Virus record (IMG/VR): IMGVR_UViG_3300021957_005284
Strand: one strand, 5' to 3'
Source: an uncultured virus (IMG/VR IMGVR_UViG_3300021957_005284)
Lineage: Duplodnaviria > Heunggongvirae > Uroviricota > Caudoviricetes
DNA: 64,000 bases
The translations under genes were made by a program, and so were the position numbers. The notes under the pieces are model-generated. The model had not been told where the DNA came from, ran no database searches, and saw nothing but the letters and a program-made list of their open reading frames with translations. Shown one piece after another: positions 1 to 10,088 of the stretch (position 1 is its first letter; each line of letters begins with the position of its first letter).

Positions 1-1510
1 ATGGATATGGTCTACCAATATAATCATCTGCATAACCACCACCCAACCAATCACCAGCAGGACGTTTTCCATTCCACCCATCATACACAATTGGTTTACC
101 TGTAAATCTTTTTATTTCTGTTTGATTTATAACCCTATATGTAAATAATTTATTGGCAATGGGTTTTAGTTTTGGAGTTGTTCTAACATCTCCACTAAAT
201 TTAATACTACCATCATCATCATATGTTATCTCAAACATATCAAATTCAATACCTGAAAGAAGATTAGCTGTACCATTTAGTTTATATTTAATACTACCCT
301 TTTCTGACCAAACATAGAATTTTTGAGTTTTTGTTGGTGTAGTATTATCATATTTACAACTACCATCATCCTTCGTTGCTTTAGGGTTATAGTTTAAAGC
401 ACTAGAATCAGTACAACCTTCAATATCAATAGGGTCATCATTGTAGATACAACTTCCATCGTTTTCCTGAGCAGATGGATTATAGTTTTTTGCATTAGGG
501 TCTGTACATCCTCGTACTGTTGTATCACTTGGCTCTGTTGAATCGTACAATGTATTTGATACTGACGATTTTAATATTTGTTTAACTTCATCAAAAGTTA
601 TTTGTTCTTCTGGTGTTAGTATATTATCATCTTGAATATCTCTTTTAGGTAAGTACTTTGAAATTATATTAGTAATAGATTGTTCCATTACTTGTTTAAT
701 TGTATCAATAGAAAGTTCAATTACATCTAACTTATTTTTTGGTTTACCATAATTGATGTTACTAATATCCCACTCTCTATCATCAATAAAATAATTGACA
801 GATTCTATAAATTTATCTCTTAAAATTTTTATAAAAATTTCAATATTTTCTATTTTAAATTCTTTTTTAATCAAAGATTGATATGTTTTATTATCTTTTT
901 GCTTTCCTTTAATCAAACTAAAAGTTTTTAAAACTTTTTCTGTTGTTACATTTTCTATAAATTGTTTAGCAAAATAAATTGTATCATCTCTAAACTGACC
1001 TTTCTTTGTTAAAACATCATATCTTTTTTCTAAATCTTTGTTTGGTAGTTTTTCTTTTTTAATTGGAACAACTCGTATCTCTGTTCTTGATGGAGATATT
1101 TCATGTATCCAAAGTTTATCAATATCATTTACTTCCGAACCTGCTCTTCTATTTAATAATGTTACCTGTGTTTTAAAAATACCATTTTCATATCCAGCTT
1201 CTCTTACTAACTTTTCTATATCAACAATAAACTCAGAAGCATCGTTTTTCTTTTTTGTAAAGTTATTATTAGATATTAAAAAATAATCTCTAATATTTTT
1301 ATCATTTAGGTGGATATATCTTACAAGTTTTCCATCATCTCCTTGTGGTAATTGATTATCATTAGAATCTAATAAAATAAATTCAATCATATCAGCATTA
1401 CCAAGACCAAAGAATGACTTACCAATTTCCCTCTCAAAGATTTGTCTATCTTCAGATTCTACCTTATATCCTCGTCTTTCAACTATATCTTTAAATCCTT
1501 CTATAGCCAT
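1..1510 (-). CDS. Virion structural protein, 3' end beyond the window; carries two GCTDxxAxNYNPxAxxDDGSC repeats
   Basis: Not in the ORF track because it runs off the edge. ATG at 1510 (MAIEGFKDIV...); frame open in the parts I translated, including base 2; overlaps the stop of the upstream gene; repeats at ~351-511. Confidence 0.75.
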   Translation of the reverse strand, partial: MAIEGFKDIVERRGYKVESEDRQIFEREIGKSFFGLGNADMIEFILLDSNDNQLPQGDDGKLVRYIHLNDKNIRDYFLISNNNFTKKKNDASEFIVDIEKLVREAGYENGIFKTQVTLLNRRAGSEVNDIDKLWIHEISPSRTEIRVVPIKKEKLPNKDLEKRYDVLTKKGQFRDDTIYFAKQFIENVTTEKVLKTFSLIKGKQKDNKTYQSLIKKEFKIENIEIFIKILRDKFIESVNYFIDDREWDISNINYGKPKNKLDVIELSIDTIKQVMEQSITNIISKYLPKRDIQDDNILTPEEQITFDEVKQILKSSVSNTLYDSTEPSDTTVRGCTDPNAKNYNPSAQENDGSCIYNDDPIDIEGCTDSSALNYNPKATKDDGSCKYDNTTPTKTQKFYVWSEKGSIKYKLNGTANLLSGIEFDMFEITYDDDGSIKFSGDVRTTPKLKPIANKLFTYRVINQTEIKRFTGKPIVYDGWNGKRPAGDWLGGGYADDYIGRPYP

Positions 1511-2706
1511 GATAATTTTTTAAGTTGATTTGGAAATAGTTTATAAATTAAAATAGAAAACTTTTCTCCAAATTTATGTAATTTTCTTCCTCTACGATTT
1601 TCTGTTGGTAATACTCCCATTTCATATGCCATATACTCTGACCAATCTTTTACAAAATAGTTGTAAACAAATTTAGCAAATGTTTTGTTTCTCTTTAATC
1701 CATTTACGATTGGTGTTGCCCAAATCCAATAACCATACATTACTTCTGGTTTATGTTCTAGTACAATATCACCAAACTTATCATCCATTTCATAAATAAA
1801 CTGTGGCATGAAACCTTGTTCATATAATTCAGTACAAATAATTTTTTTCTTTTTAGAGTTAGCACTTGCACTTGCTGTTGCTTGAGCCGCTTCTACTTGT
1901 TGATTGGCAGCTTCAATTTGTTGAGTAGCAATTTGTGCTTGGTTTTTCATTTGTTGATTAAGAGTTTTAATATTCTCTGTAAGGTTTTTTACAATATCTT
2001 TTTGTGTTGTTAATTGTGATGCTAGTGTTTCTTTTTGTGCACCCAATCCTCTTACTTGAGCAGTTAATGAAACTCTTTCTATACCCTCTTTAGTTCCTTT
2101 TAAAACAGAACTTTGGAAATCACTAAGTAACACTTGATATCTTGCTTGAAGTTCTCTAAACTCTCTATCTCTTTGTAATACTTCTTCTGTTTTAGCAGCA
2201 ACATCCGCAATCAATTGGTCTATTTGTGTTTGTAATGTTGATATTTGATTTAATGCCGCATCTCTTTCTTGTGTTAAATCTTTTATTTGTTGTGATAAAT
2301 TCTGATTTATTTCTTTCTGTTCAATCAATTTATCTAATCTAACAAACTGACCTCGTGATTCTCTTGGTTTATTTATTAATTCATCAACCTTTATATCAAG
2401 TGCTTTTTCTAATTCTGATTCTGTATAATAAGGTCTTTCTAATGATGAAGCTGTTTCTCCACTAAAAGAAGTTTGTTCTACATTTTGTTCTTCTTGTGGT
2501 TCTAGTAAATCTGTTTTTATTTTTGGATTTTTTTGTTTACCTCGAATTGGTTCTTCTCCAAATGGTTTTTCTATTTTTTTGGAGGTTGGGTTAACTTCCT
2601 TTCCATCCTTTTTACGCACAACAATACCATCAGAGTAATCTCTCTTTATAGCCTTTGAACCTTTTTTTAAAAGTTCATCAATTCTAAATCTATCGTTTAA
2701 CGCCAT
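1501..2706 (-). CDS. Coiled-coil virion-associated protein with C-terminal KKKKIICTELY domain
   Basis: Long heptad Q/L/E-rich region, Ala/Ser linker, then a Cys-led C-terminal domain; lies in the baseplate operon. Confidence 0.55.
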   Translation of the reverse strand: MALNDRFRIDELLKKGSKAIKRDYSDGIVVRKKDGKEVNPTSKKIEKPFGEEPIRGKQKNPKIKTDLLEPQEEQNVEQTSFSGETASSLERPYYTESELEKALDIKVDELINKPRESRGQFVRLDKLIEQKEINQNLSQQIKDLTQERDAALNQISTLQTQIDQLIADVAAKTEEVLQRDREFRELQARYQVLLSDFQSSVLKGTKEGIERVSLTAQVRGLGAQKETLASQLTTQKDIVKNLTENIKTLNQQMKNQAQIATQQIEAANQQVEAAQATASASANSKKKKIICTELYEQGFMPQFIYEMDDKFGDIVLEHKPEVMYGYWIWATPIVNGLKRNKTFAKFVYNYFVKDWSEYMAYEMGVLPTENRRGRKLHKFGEKFSILIYKLFPNQLKKLSWL

Positions 2707-2707
2707 T

Positions 2708-3769
2708 TTATTTCTCTACGGTGAAAGTTAACTCTTTATCAGTAAAGTATTCAATCACACCACTTCTATTTACTTTTATTTCTATATAGTAATCTCTGTT
2801 ATATTCAAAGTTACTTAAATTTAATTTAAAATAATTACCATTGGAATCACAACTAACTTTTGTATAGTTATCATTAAATGGAACCACAACTTCATTTGTT
2901 ACCGCATCTTTAATTTGGTAATAAGTAGTTGATGGTAAATAATATACATCTGTATAAGCATATTGATTGGTGTAATTTTTAAGAGGATATTTTTCTCTCC
3001 CAAAAACTCTGATTGTAGGTTTACTTCCTCGTTTATATCTTACTTTTAATCTCTTAAATGTGATATGAATATCATCGGCAGTTAATGCACTAAGAGAACC
3101 AGTAGAGAAAGAAGAATCATCCCAACCAATTCTTAACTTCGGTTGGTATATAGTATTTGTTTCTTTTGAAAAAAACTTTAATTGTCCATAATCTTCGGTA
3201 TCATTTTCTTTTGCTGAAGAATGTTTTATAATCCAACCCTCATTTGGTATTGAACTACTTATCCAAGAGTTAAGTGGAGTTAGAACATCCATCTCTATAT
3301 CAGTTGACTCATATGAAAAAGATTGTGAAGCGGCTGAACCTGTGTACCATGTTCCACCCTTACCATTAAATGAACCAGTTGTTCCACTTGCAAAATCAGT
3401 TCCTAACCAAGTTAATGAGGTTGTTCTCTTTTCCCAAGAACACCCATCAGTACTTATGTTATCAAACCTTGTTCCTATACCCATATCCCAAGATTGAGAA
3501 ACAGGATAAGCATAAATTGTATAATCAGTTGGTATTTCATTTGATTCACATTCTTTTAAAATAAGTTCAGCAGAACTCATTGTTATCTCACCACTTACTA
3601 TTGATTGTGATATTGGAGCAGTATCAAACTTAATTAATGTTCTTGCGTTATCTTTTAAGTTTCCATAATAAGTTTTGGAAACTTCTAATATTTCATCAAA
3701 CCCAGTATTTTGTGTGGGTTGTTGTAAATATATTGTTGTATCTTTAGATGCTGTTACGAAATAGTACAT
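2708..3769 (-). CDS. Virion structural protein (DNRLRE-like beta domain)
   Basis: KDTTIY...QNTG.DEILE...RTLIKFD...FFSKET....PKL pattern; GS-rich; follows the baseplate wedge gene. Confidence 0.55.
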   Translation of the reverse strand: MYYFVTASKDTTIYLQQPTQNTGFDEILEVSKTYYGNLKDNARTLIKFDTAPISQSIVSGEITMSSAELILKECESNEIPTDYTIYAYPVSQSWDMGIGTRFDNISTDGCSWEKRTTSLTWLGTDFASGTTGSFNGKGGTWYTGSAASQSFSYESTDIEMDVLTPLNSWISSSIPNEGWIIKHSSAKENDTEDYGQLKFFSKETNTIYQPKLRIGWDDSSFSTGSLSALTADDIHITFKRLKVRYKRGSKPTIRVFGREKYPLKNYTNQYAYTDVYYLPSTTYYQIKDAVTNEVVVPFNDNYTKVSCDSNGNYFKLNLSNFEYNRDYYIEIKVNRSGVIEYFTDKELTFTVEK

Positions 3770-5790
3770 TATACAACCCTCCCTCTTATATCTTTGTTTG
3801 GAAACTTCACTTCAAATACAGATGGGTCTAAAGATGGATAAACCATTTTGTTTTTAGTTGCATCTAATATATTATAAGAATGTGATGAATAGTTTCCTAA
3901 ACACTTGTTAGTAATTTCACACTTCGGTACTGATTGTACTCCTTCTACTCCTGCAATTAATAATTCAATTTCAGAAATGTTGATGGCCATATTGAATGTC
4001 CAATTATCAATATTGAAATATTCTTTTAGTTCGTTTATACACTTAGAAAGAACTTCTCTTTTATTATATCCACCATAAACTCTGATTTCAAAATCAACAC
4101 CTATGTTGATTACATAACCATCTATAATATTAACACCATCAGTTAACATTCTATATTCTCCCAAATATGTTTTTAGGTTTTCTTTAACTGCTCTATTAAT
4201 AGTTTGTAAATATTTACTTGAATTATATCCAAGGACATATAAGTTTATAGCAAAAGGATTATTTTTTTCATTTACATTATTCTTTTTACTACTTAAAAAC
4301 TTCTTTACTTCTTCTTTAATTTCTTGTTCAGTAACTTTAGTATCTTTTAGTGATTGTACTAAACCTGCAAATTCATCTAATGAATCAGGATTATTTAATA
4401 TAGAACTAGGTGAGTTGTTATCTAACTCTCCATCTGGTGCACAATATGCTTTTGCAATTCCACCAAACTTAGGAGGTAACGATAATGCTCTTACTTGATA
4501 ATCCTTTCGTGTTACTGCTCTATTTTGTGAACCGAAGTTTGCTAATGAATTTTCTCTGATTTCATCTATTGTTTCTTCACCCCTACCACCTGTTGCTGGT
4601 GAATCGTTTTCAACAGCTACCGATGCTTTCATTCTGTTGTATAATGAAAGTTGAGATGCTGTAAATACACTCGTATCTTCATCATAACTAATAGAAGTTA
4701 TTCTTTTTATTTCTTTAGAAGCTACATTTGATTCAACACCACCACCCACTAAATAAGATACTGTAAGTGTTGTGTTTGAAGGAGCTTGTCCATAAGATGT
4801 TGTTTTTAAAAAGTTAGATGGGTCAAATGAAGAACCTAATCTATCTACTGAGTTTCTTAACCCTAATCCTACATTTTTAAAGTTAGGAATTAATGTTTCA
4901 TCTGATGAAGTTGAGTTTCCACCTCCAAATACAAGTGAAGTTGTATTATTTGAATTAATTCTTTTTGTAAATCTTCTTGAAGTTTTAATTAACTTTAATA
5001 CACTTGGTACAGATTCTTTAAATTGACTTAAATCTTTATCAGTTTGTTCTGATGTTGGATAATCAACATAAACCATTTCTTGTGCAAGATATGGAACTTC
5101 ATACCACTTGTTTCCATTAGAATCTCTAACATCATAGATATCAATTACATCTGCATCACCAATAGTTATATCAGAAAATTGTTTTGGTGAACTTCCAAAA
5201 TTAACTTGTATTGTTTTTATTTCAGCTGAAATAGCTTGTACATATTTCTTTACTAGATATTGTGTAGGTTCGTTTGAGCTATTATCACGAGTATAAACAG
5301 TTATCTCTCTATCATCATTATCATTGAAATCTAATAATTCAGTTGTTCTAAATGAAGTACCATTTGTAGATTCACAAACCATTCCTTCTTTTATTCTAAG
5401 ATAATAATCTGAATCAGGTCTTACATCACTACCTGTTCCTGTTGCAGGTACTAATTGATATACACTAAGCTGTACAATAGATGGAGAGGTTACTTTGGGT
5501 TTATACCCTAAGTAAGTTGCAAGTGCCATAACATTCTCAGAATCTTCAGCATATAACATTAAAGATTCTTTAAGTGAATCATCTGTATAGTATGAAAGAA
5601 CATCTCCTACATAAGATGCCATTTCAATAAACATCATACCTGGTGATGACTCATTAAAATCAGAATAACTTTTTGGAAAGTAAGTTTTAGCGTAATCAAT
5701 CAGGTTTTTTCTAAACTGACTAAAATCCTTGTTAAGATACTTTATATCTCTTCCCTTATTACTTTTATTTGTTGAACTATTTAACGCCAT
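3769..5790 (-). CDS. Baseplate wedge protein (T4 gp6 / baseplate J-like)
   Basis: YLNKDF, DFNESSPGMMFIE..SYVGDVLSYY and GG..EETIDEIR...QNRAVT..DY motifs. Confidence 0.9.
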   Translation of the reverse strand: MALNSSTNKSNKGRDIKYLNKDFSQFRKNLIDYAKTYFPKSYSDFNESSPGMMFIEMASYVGDVLSYYTDDSLKESLMLYAEDSENVMALATYLGYKPKVTSPSIVQLSVYQLVPATGTGSDVRPDSDYYLRIKEGMVCESTNGTSFRTTELLDFNDNDDREITVYTRDNSSNEPTQYLVKKYVQAISAEIKTIQVNFGSSPKQFSDITIGDADVIDIYDVRDSNGNKWYEVPYLAQEMVYVDYPTSEQTDKDLSQFKESVPSVLKLIKTSRRFTKRINSNNTTSLVFGGGNSTSSDETLIPNFKNVGLGLRNSVDRLGSSFDPSNFLKTTSYGQAPSNTTLTVSYLVGGGVESNVASKEIKRITSISYDEDTSVFTASQLSLYNRMKASVAVENDSPATGGRGEETIDEIRENSLANFGSQNRAVTRKDYQVRALSLPPKFGGIAKAYCAPDGELDNNSPSSILNNPDSLDEFAGLVQSLKDTKVTEQEIKEEVKKFLSSKKNNVNEKNNPFAINLYVLGYNSSKYLQTINRAVKENLKTYLGEYRMLTDGVNIIDGYVINIGVDFEIRVYGGYNKREVLSKCINELKEYFNIDNWTFNMAINISEIELLIAGVEGVQSVPKCEITNKCLGNYSSHSYNILDATKNKMVYPSLDPSVFEVKFPNKDIRGRVV

Positions 5791-5793
5791 CGA

Positions 5794-6225
5794 TTACCCC
5801 TGAATTGTAAATGTTATTTCTTGTAATTCTATTTGATTACCAATTGTAAACTGTATATTCATATCTGCTCTATTCCTATCTTTCATCTCATCGGTCATCT
5901 TTACATCTATTTCTTCTATGTTTATATATGGTAACCAATAACTAACACTCTTAGTTATGGTTTCTGTTAACTTATTTTCAAAATCATCTGTCATTTGTTC
6001 AAACAAAAGAGAATGTAATCCAGTACCAAAGTTTGGTTGCATTACTCTTTCACCTTGTTTTGTTAACAGAAGATTTTTAAGATTTGATTTTGCTTGTTCA
6101 AATGATGAAAAAGATTGTTCAAAGAAACCAGTGTTACCTCGTTTCACAGGCAAAGTAATACCATAAGCATAATCATTAAATGCTTTGGTATCTTTTACTA
6201 CTTTTTTATCAAGAACATACGCCAT
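5794..6225 (-). CDS. Baseplate wedge subunit, gp25/GPW family
   Basis: NLKNLLLT..GERVMQPNFG.GL..LLFE motif; adjacent to the gp6-like gene. Confidence 0.9.
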   Translation of the reverse strand: MAYVLDKKVVKDTKAFNDYAYGITLPVKRGNTGFFEQSFSSFEQAKSNLKNLLLTKQGERVMQPNFGTGLHSLLFEQMTDDFENKLTETITKSVSYWLPYINIEEIDVKMTDEMKDRNRADMNIQFTIGNQIELQEITFTIQG

Positions 6226-6235
6226 CTATAAATTC

Positions 6236-6811
6236 CTATCTTTTAAACTTTTTTACAAGTGCAGAATTATCTCTATTTAGAATTCTATCTAAACCAGGTA
6301 ATCCTGTTTGAACTCCAAGACCTGTTTTACTTGGTCCTTTTTTTAAATCACCATAACCCATTTTTTGTGCCATCTGAGCTCTCATCATATCAGTACCACC
6401 TTGTGCACCTTGAGAGTTAAATGTCACTGTCTTATCCATACTTTCATTTACAGGTTGTTGAAAATTATCCAATACCGATTTAGTAGTTGGTGTACCTTTT
6501 CTTTGTTCTGCTGAAAATGGTTTTGTATTATTTAGTACCTCGTTTAACTTTTCATTTTTAGTGAATTGTCTTTTAGGTTGTGTTCTTTCTTCTTGTAAAG
6601 CAATTTCTGCTTGTTCGAATGGGTCTACCACATCATCTTCTACTAATTGCGTAGAGGACGGCACAATACCCCCCTTCACCTCTTTTAATCTTTTATTAAC
6701 TTCTTCCTCTAATATTTTAGGAAAAGTTTTTGTTAGAAACTTCTCGTGGTTTTTAGCCACTTCAGCTTCTACTATTGTTTTAATTACTTTGACTAGTTGT
6801 TTTGTTTCCAT
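6236..6811 (-). CDS. Hypothetical virion-region protein
   Basis: 191-aa ORF with a late-promoter motif upstream. Confidence 0.6.
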   Translation of the reverse strand: METKQLVKVIKTIVEAEVAKNHEKFLTKTFPKILEEEVNKRLKEVKGGIVPSSTQLVEDDVVDPFEQAEIALQEERTQPKRQFTKNEKLNEVLNNTKPFSAEQRKGTPTTKSVLDNFQQPVNESMDKTVTFNSQGAQGGTDMMRAQMAQKMGYGDLKKGPSKTGLGVQTGLPGLDRILNRDNSALVKKFKR

Positions 6812-6871
6812 AATCTTTTATTTTCCTTGTCTAATATAAATATATCTTTATTCATTTTATGGTTTTTAAAA

Positions 6872-7438
6872 TTATTGTGGTATAGTAAATCCAGTAAATG
6901 TTCTTATACCAGGGGCAGGTGGTATGAGTGGAAATCCAGGATACATAGAAAGTGTTATATACATTCCTTGTATTGTTGTTATGTGTTGTTGCATTGCCTG
7001 AATTAATCTATCTAAAAATACAGATGAATCATCGGTTGGAATAAGTAATCCTACTTTTGGGAATGTGCCTGGATTAGTAACAAAGGCTGAAAATGAAGTT
7101 AGATTTTGTACGGCACCAGTTGCTGGTATAATTGGAGGTATTCCTGTTACTAATGTTGCTCCAGTCCAATATCCAACTACTCCCTTGCCTATATCGTCTA
7201 TAAAATTATGTTTACCTTCTGTTTTTGTTAGTGAAGTTGCACATGCTAACTTAACCATCGATTCCATTAGTTTTTTATTATCTTTAGCTAAGGGAATATT
7301 ATTTATGGTTTGAAATCCACTACGAACTGCCATATCATATTCTGTTGTAAGTTTAGTTGCAAAATCATTATAAGAATCTATACTTCCTTGATTTTGCATA
7401 TAACTCAACATATTTTGTTTGAATATAGCAAATGACAT
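6872..7438 (-). CDS. Hypothetical baseplate-associated protein (Pro/Gly-rich)
   Basis: 188-aa ORF between the spike-like and gp25-like genes. Confidence 0.55.
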   Translation of the reverse strand: MSFAIFKQNMLSYMQNQGSIDSYNDFATKLTTEYDMAVRSGFQTINNIPLAKDNKKLMESMVKLACATSLTKTEGKHNFIDDIGKGVVGYWTGATLVTGIPPIIPATGAVQNLTSFSAFVTNPGTFPKVGLLIPTDDSSVFLDRLIQAMQQHITTIQGMYITLSMYPGFPLIPPAPGIRTFTGFTIPQ

Positions 7439-7441
7439 TTT

Positions 7442-8713
7442 TTATTCTGTAAAATTATACTCGGAAAGGAATTCGGATAATCTTCCTTTGAGTTGATTAA
7501 AATCTGCATTATTATTTGGTCCTACTTTAGTTGGACCAGCTGGTGTTGAAAATACTTGTTTATTAATTAAATCTATAAGTTCTTCTAATAATCCTTTTAA
7601 AGTTTCTCCTCGTGCTAATGGTTCTCTCTGTCCTGTTGATGGAGATTCTCCTTCTGAAGTAGTATTTAATCTTATTTCTCCACTACCAGTATTTACCCAA
7701 ACATTTGAAGAATTTTTATCAGTAGTTATAGTAACATCATCTCCAAAATCTAAACTAGCTCCACCAATTAAATTATCTATTGTTAAATCTCCCTCTGATA
7801 CAAATGAATAATTTCCTTTAGAAAAAAACAACAGTTCATCTGTTTTTGATGATATTATAACTCTACCACTATTAACAAGTATTTGGTCTCCATCTAATTT
7901 CTCTGGTTTGTTATAATAAATCGTTTCACCTAAATCAAGTGGTGATTCTTCATTACCAGGTATAAATGGTAATTCATATTTTTCACTTGATAATGAAATG
8001 ATAGAACCATCTTCAATAACATTTTCTTCAATTAAATCTCCACTTAACTTATCTTTGTTTACAGTATCATTCTGTCTGTTTCTTATTATTATAGTAGGTG
8101 AAAATTCTTTTTCTTCATTATTATAAGCACTAAAACGAATTGATTGGCCAAATCTTGATTGAATTACTCTATCACCCTCATATAACTTTAATTTATTTAT
8201 ATTGGTATTAGTAAAGTACTCTCCAAATTTATATTCTACTTCTGAACCAGTACTTGATTGTGGTGTTCCTGTTTGAGATGTTGTTGAGTATCCAGCAGAT
8301 TTATTTGGTTTAAATTTTTCAGGATATAATGAACTTATACTTTGAGGAGATGCATCTCCATCGTTTATAAAACGAGATGACATTCTCTGATAATACTTAA
8401 TATTACCCTTTTTAACTAAATAAACTTCTTCACCAATAACTGGTATATCAACATCATTTGTTTCTGGCATGTATATTGGTAGTTTTTCAAGAGGAGTTAT
8501 TTTATCATCTAGTGTTCTAATAACAACACCACCTACTCTAAATCCACCACCAACACCATCAGTAAATATATCTTTATTTATATCACTATATGTTGTTACT
8601 CTTGGATGTGATTCATCAAGAATAACATCTAAAACAACACCAGTAGGAATTGAAGTAGTTCTGATTGATTTATTTGTGGATGATGCACTTAATGATTTAC
8701 TTAATCTACTCAT
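7442..8713 (-). CDS. Baseplate hub/central spike protein (gp5/gpV-like)
   Basis: P.IGE.V OB-fold motif, EGD..IQSRFGQSIRF, beta-repeat region, C-terminal TPAGPT. Confidence 0.7.
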   Translation of the reverse strand: MSRLSKSLSASSTNKSIRTTSIPTGVVLDVILDESHPRVTTYSDINKDIFTDGVGGGFRVGGVVIRTLDDKITPLEKLPIYMPETNDVDIPVIGEEVYLVKKGNIKYYQRMSSRFINDGDASPQSISSLYPEKFKPNKSAGYSTTSQTGTPQSSTGSEVEYKFGEYFTNTNINKLKLYEGDRVIQSRFGQSIRFSAYNNEEKEFSPTIIIRNRQNDTVNKDKLSGDLIEENVIEDGSIISLSSEKYELPFIPGNEESPLDLGETIYYNKPEKLDGDQILVNSGRVIISSKTDELLFFSKGNYSFVSEGDLTIDNLIGGASLDFGDDVTITTDKNSSNVWVNTGSGEIRLNTTSEGESPSTGQREPLARGETLKGLLEELIDLINKQVFSTPAGPTKVGPNNNADFNQLKGRLSEFLSEYNFTE

Positions 8714-9116
8714 TACTTACCTTTTGTTTTAATTCTTCAACTTCGTTAGTTAAATCATCAACCTTCGTTTTTTCAGTTTCTACTTCGTAAACCGTATCTT
8801 CTAATTGTTGTAGTAATTGTTCTTTTTCTTTATCGGAAAGGAAACCAGTATCTCCTTCGGATTTATCTTTCGAGGCAATCATTCTTTGTGCAATTGCTGC
8901 CATCTTGATTAGTGATTCATCGTTTCTTACTGAAGTATCAACTAAATCTTTTATGATTGGCCCAATCACTGCCATATCACCAGAATGTCTAATTACTTTT
9001 TTCATTTCAGCAATTAGTTCTGATATCCTTTGTTTCTTGTTTTGTTGGTTATCATAGATATCCTCAAACAACCCACTTAGGTTTTTGCCAGGAAATAATT
9101 CAAAATTCGTACTCAT
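8706..9116 (-). CDS. Hypothetical coiled-coil protein
   Basis: 136-aa ORF with a late-promoter motif upstream. Confidence 0.6.
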   Translation of the reverse strand: MSTNFELFPGKNLSGLFEDIYDNQQNKKQRISELIAEMKKVIRHSGDMAVIGPIIKDLVDTSVRNDESLIKMAAIAQRMIASKDKSEGDTGFLSDKEKEQLLQQLEDTVYEVETEKTKVDDLTNEVEELKQKVSNE

Positions 9117-9155
9117 GATTATACCATATTATGTTGTATATAAATATGGTAAAAT

Positions 9156-9181
9156 AAAAAACCTCTCCGAAGAGAGGTTTT
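9156..9181 (-). terminator. Intrinsic terminator
   Basis: AAACCTCTC-cgaa-GAGAGGTTT hairpin with a T-run on the minus strand. Confidence 0.8.
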
Positions 9182-9217
9182 AAATTGTTAACGCGTTATG
9201 GAATCAATTAGTAATTA

Positions 9218-9448
9218 TTACTTCTTGATTATATGGTAAAGTACGAAAGCACCAACTAGTCCTAATAGACCTTCAGCACTCAAACTTCCTAAAATGCCCA
9301 TAATGTTATCAACTACTGATACTTCTGGCCAGAATGGAATGTTTGCACCTTTGAATAATACTTCAAGTACAACTCCCAAGGCAACGATACTAATACCGAT
9401 TTTTGTTAGTTCATCAGCCCAAGAGCCGATTTTTTTTAAAAAATCCAT
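9218..9448 (-). CDS. Small two-TM membrane protein (holin candidate)
   Basis: Two hydrophobic segments; strong SD AAGGAG upstream. Confidence 0.55.
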   Translation of the reverse strand: MDFLKKIGSWADELTKIGISIVALGVVLEVLFKGANIPFWPEVSVVDNIMGILGSLSAEGLLGLVGAFVLYHIIKK

Positions 9449-9595
9449 ATTGTTTCTCCTTTGTTTTAATTAAGAATAATAACTTTTTCATATTCCAAAA
9501 CAACGGACTTGTCCACAAATAACTATTGTATATATGAAATAAAAAGTTAAGTTTTGATTTTAACACCTAATGAGTAAACAATATTGGGTGTCAAT

Positions 9596-9621
9596 AAAAA
9601 AACCCCACTAATTGTGGGGTT
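9596..9621 (-). terminator. Intrinsic terminator
   Basis: AACCCCAC-taatt-GTGGGGTT hairpin preceded by an A-run on the plus strand. Confidence 0.8.
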
Positions 9622-9650
9622 AAAACTTTACTAATCACTTTGAATTACGA

Positions 9651-10025
9651 TTAGGGCCTAATTGCCAGTTTATTTTCTAAGTCTCTAATACGAGCCTTCA
9701 TTTGTTCGTACTCTATCTCTTTATAAGTATAACGAGGTTGTCCCTTTGGTTTAATCCAAACTAACTTTCCTTTGTTATAGAGAGCCTTAGTACCTACATC
9801 ATCACTCCAATAAGAATGGACTAATAGTTTGCCATCTTTTGTTCCGATGTATTTTCCTTTTTGGTGTATAGAACCATCTTCGTTGTAAGCTCTATACTGG
9901 TAAAGATTGTCATCTATCTGTGTAATAACTTTGGAAGTTTGTCCAAAGAGCGGAATGGTACACAGAGAAAATAATAGGATTGCTATTATTTGAACAATCT
10001 TTACTTTGAATAATTGTTCATTCAT
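9651..10025 (-). CDS. Secreted protein with signal peptide
   Basis: Hydrophobic N-terminus ending LFG-Q; SD AAGGAGG; own late motif and terminator. Confidence 0.6.
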   Translation of the reverse strand: MNEQLFKVKIVQIIAILLFSLCTIPLFGQTSKVITQIDDNLYQYRAYNEDGSIHQKGKYIGTKDGKLLVHSYWSDDVGTKALYNKGKLVWIKPKGQPRYTYKEIEYEQMKARIRDLENKLAIRP

Positions 10026-10088
10026 AATTCCTCCTTTAGTATAAATATACCTATGTTAAGAAATTGTTATCAAAATATTATGGAAAGG

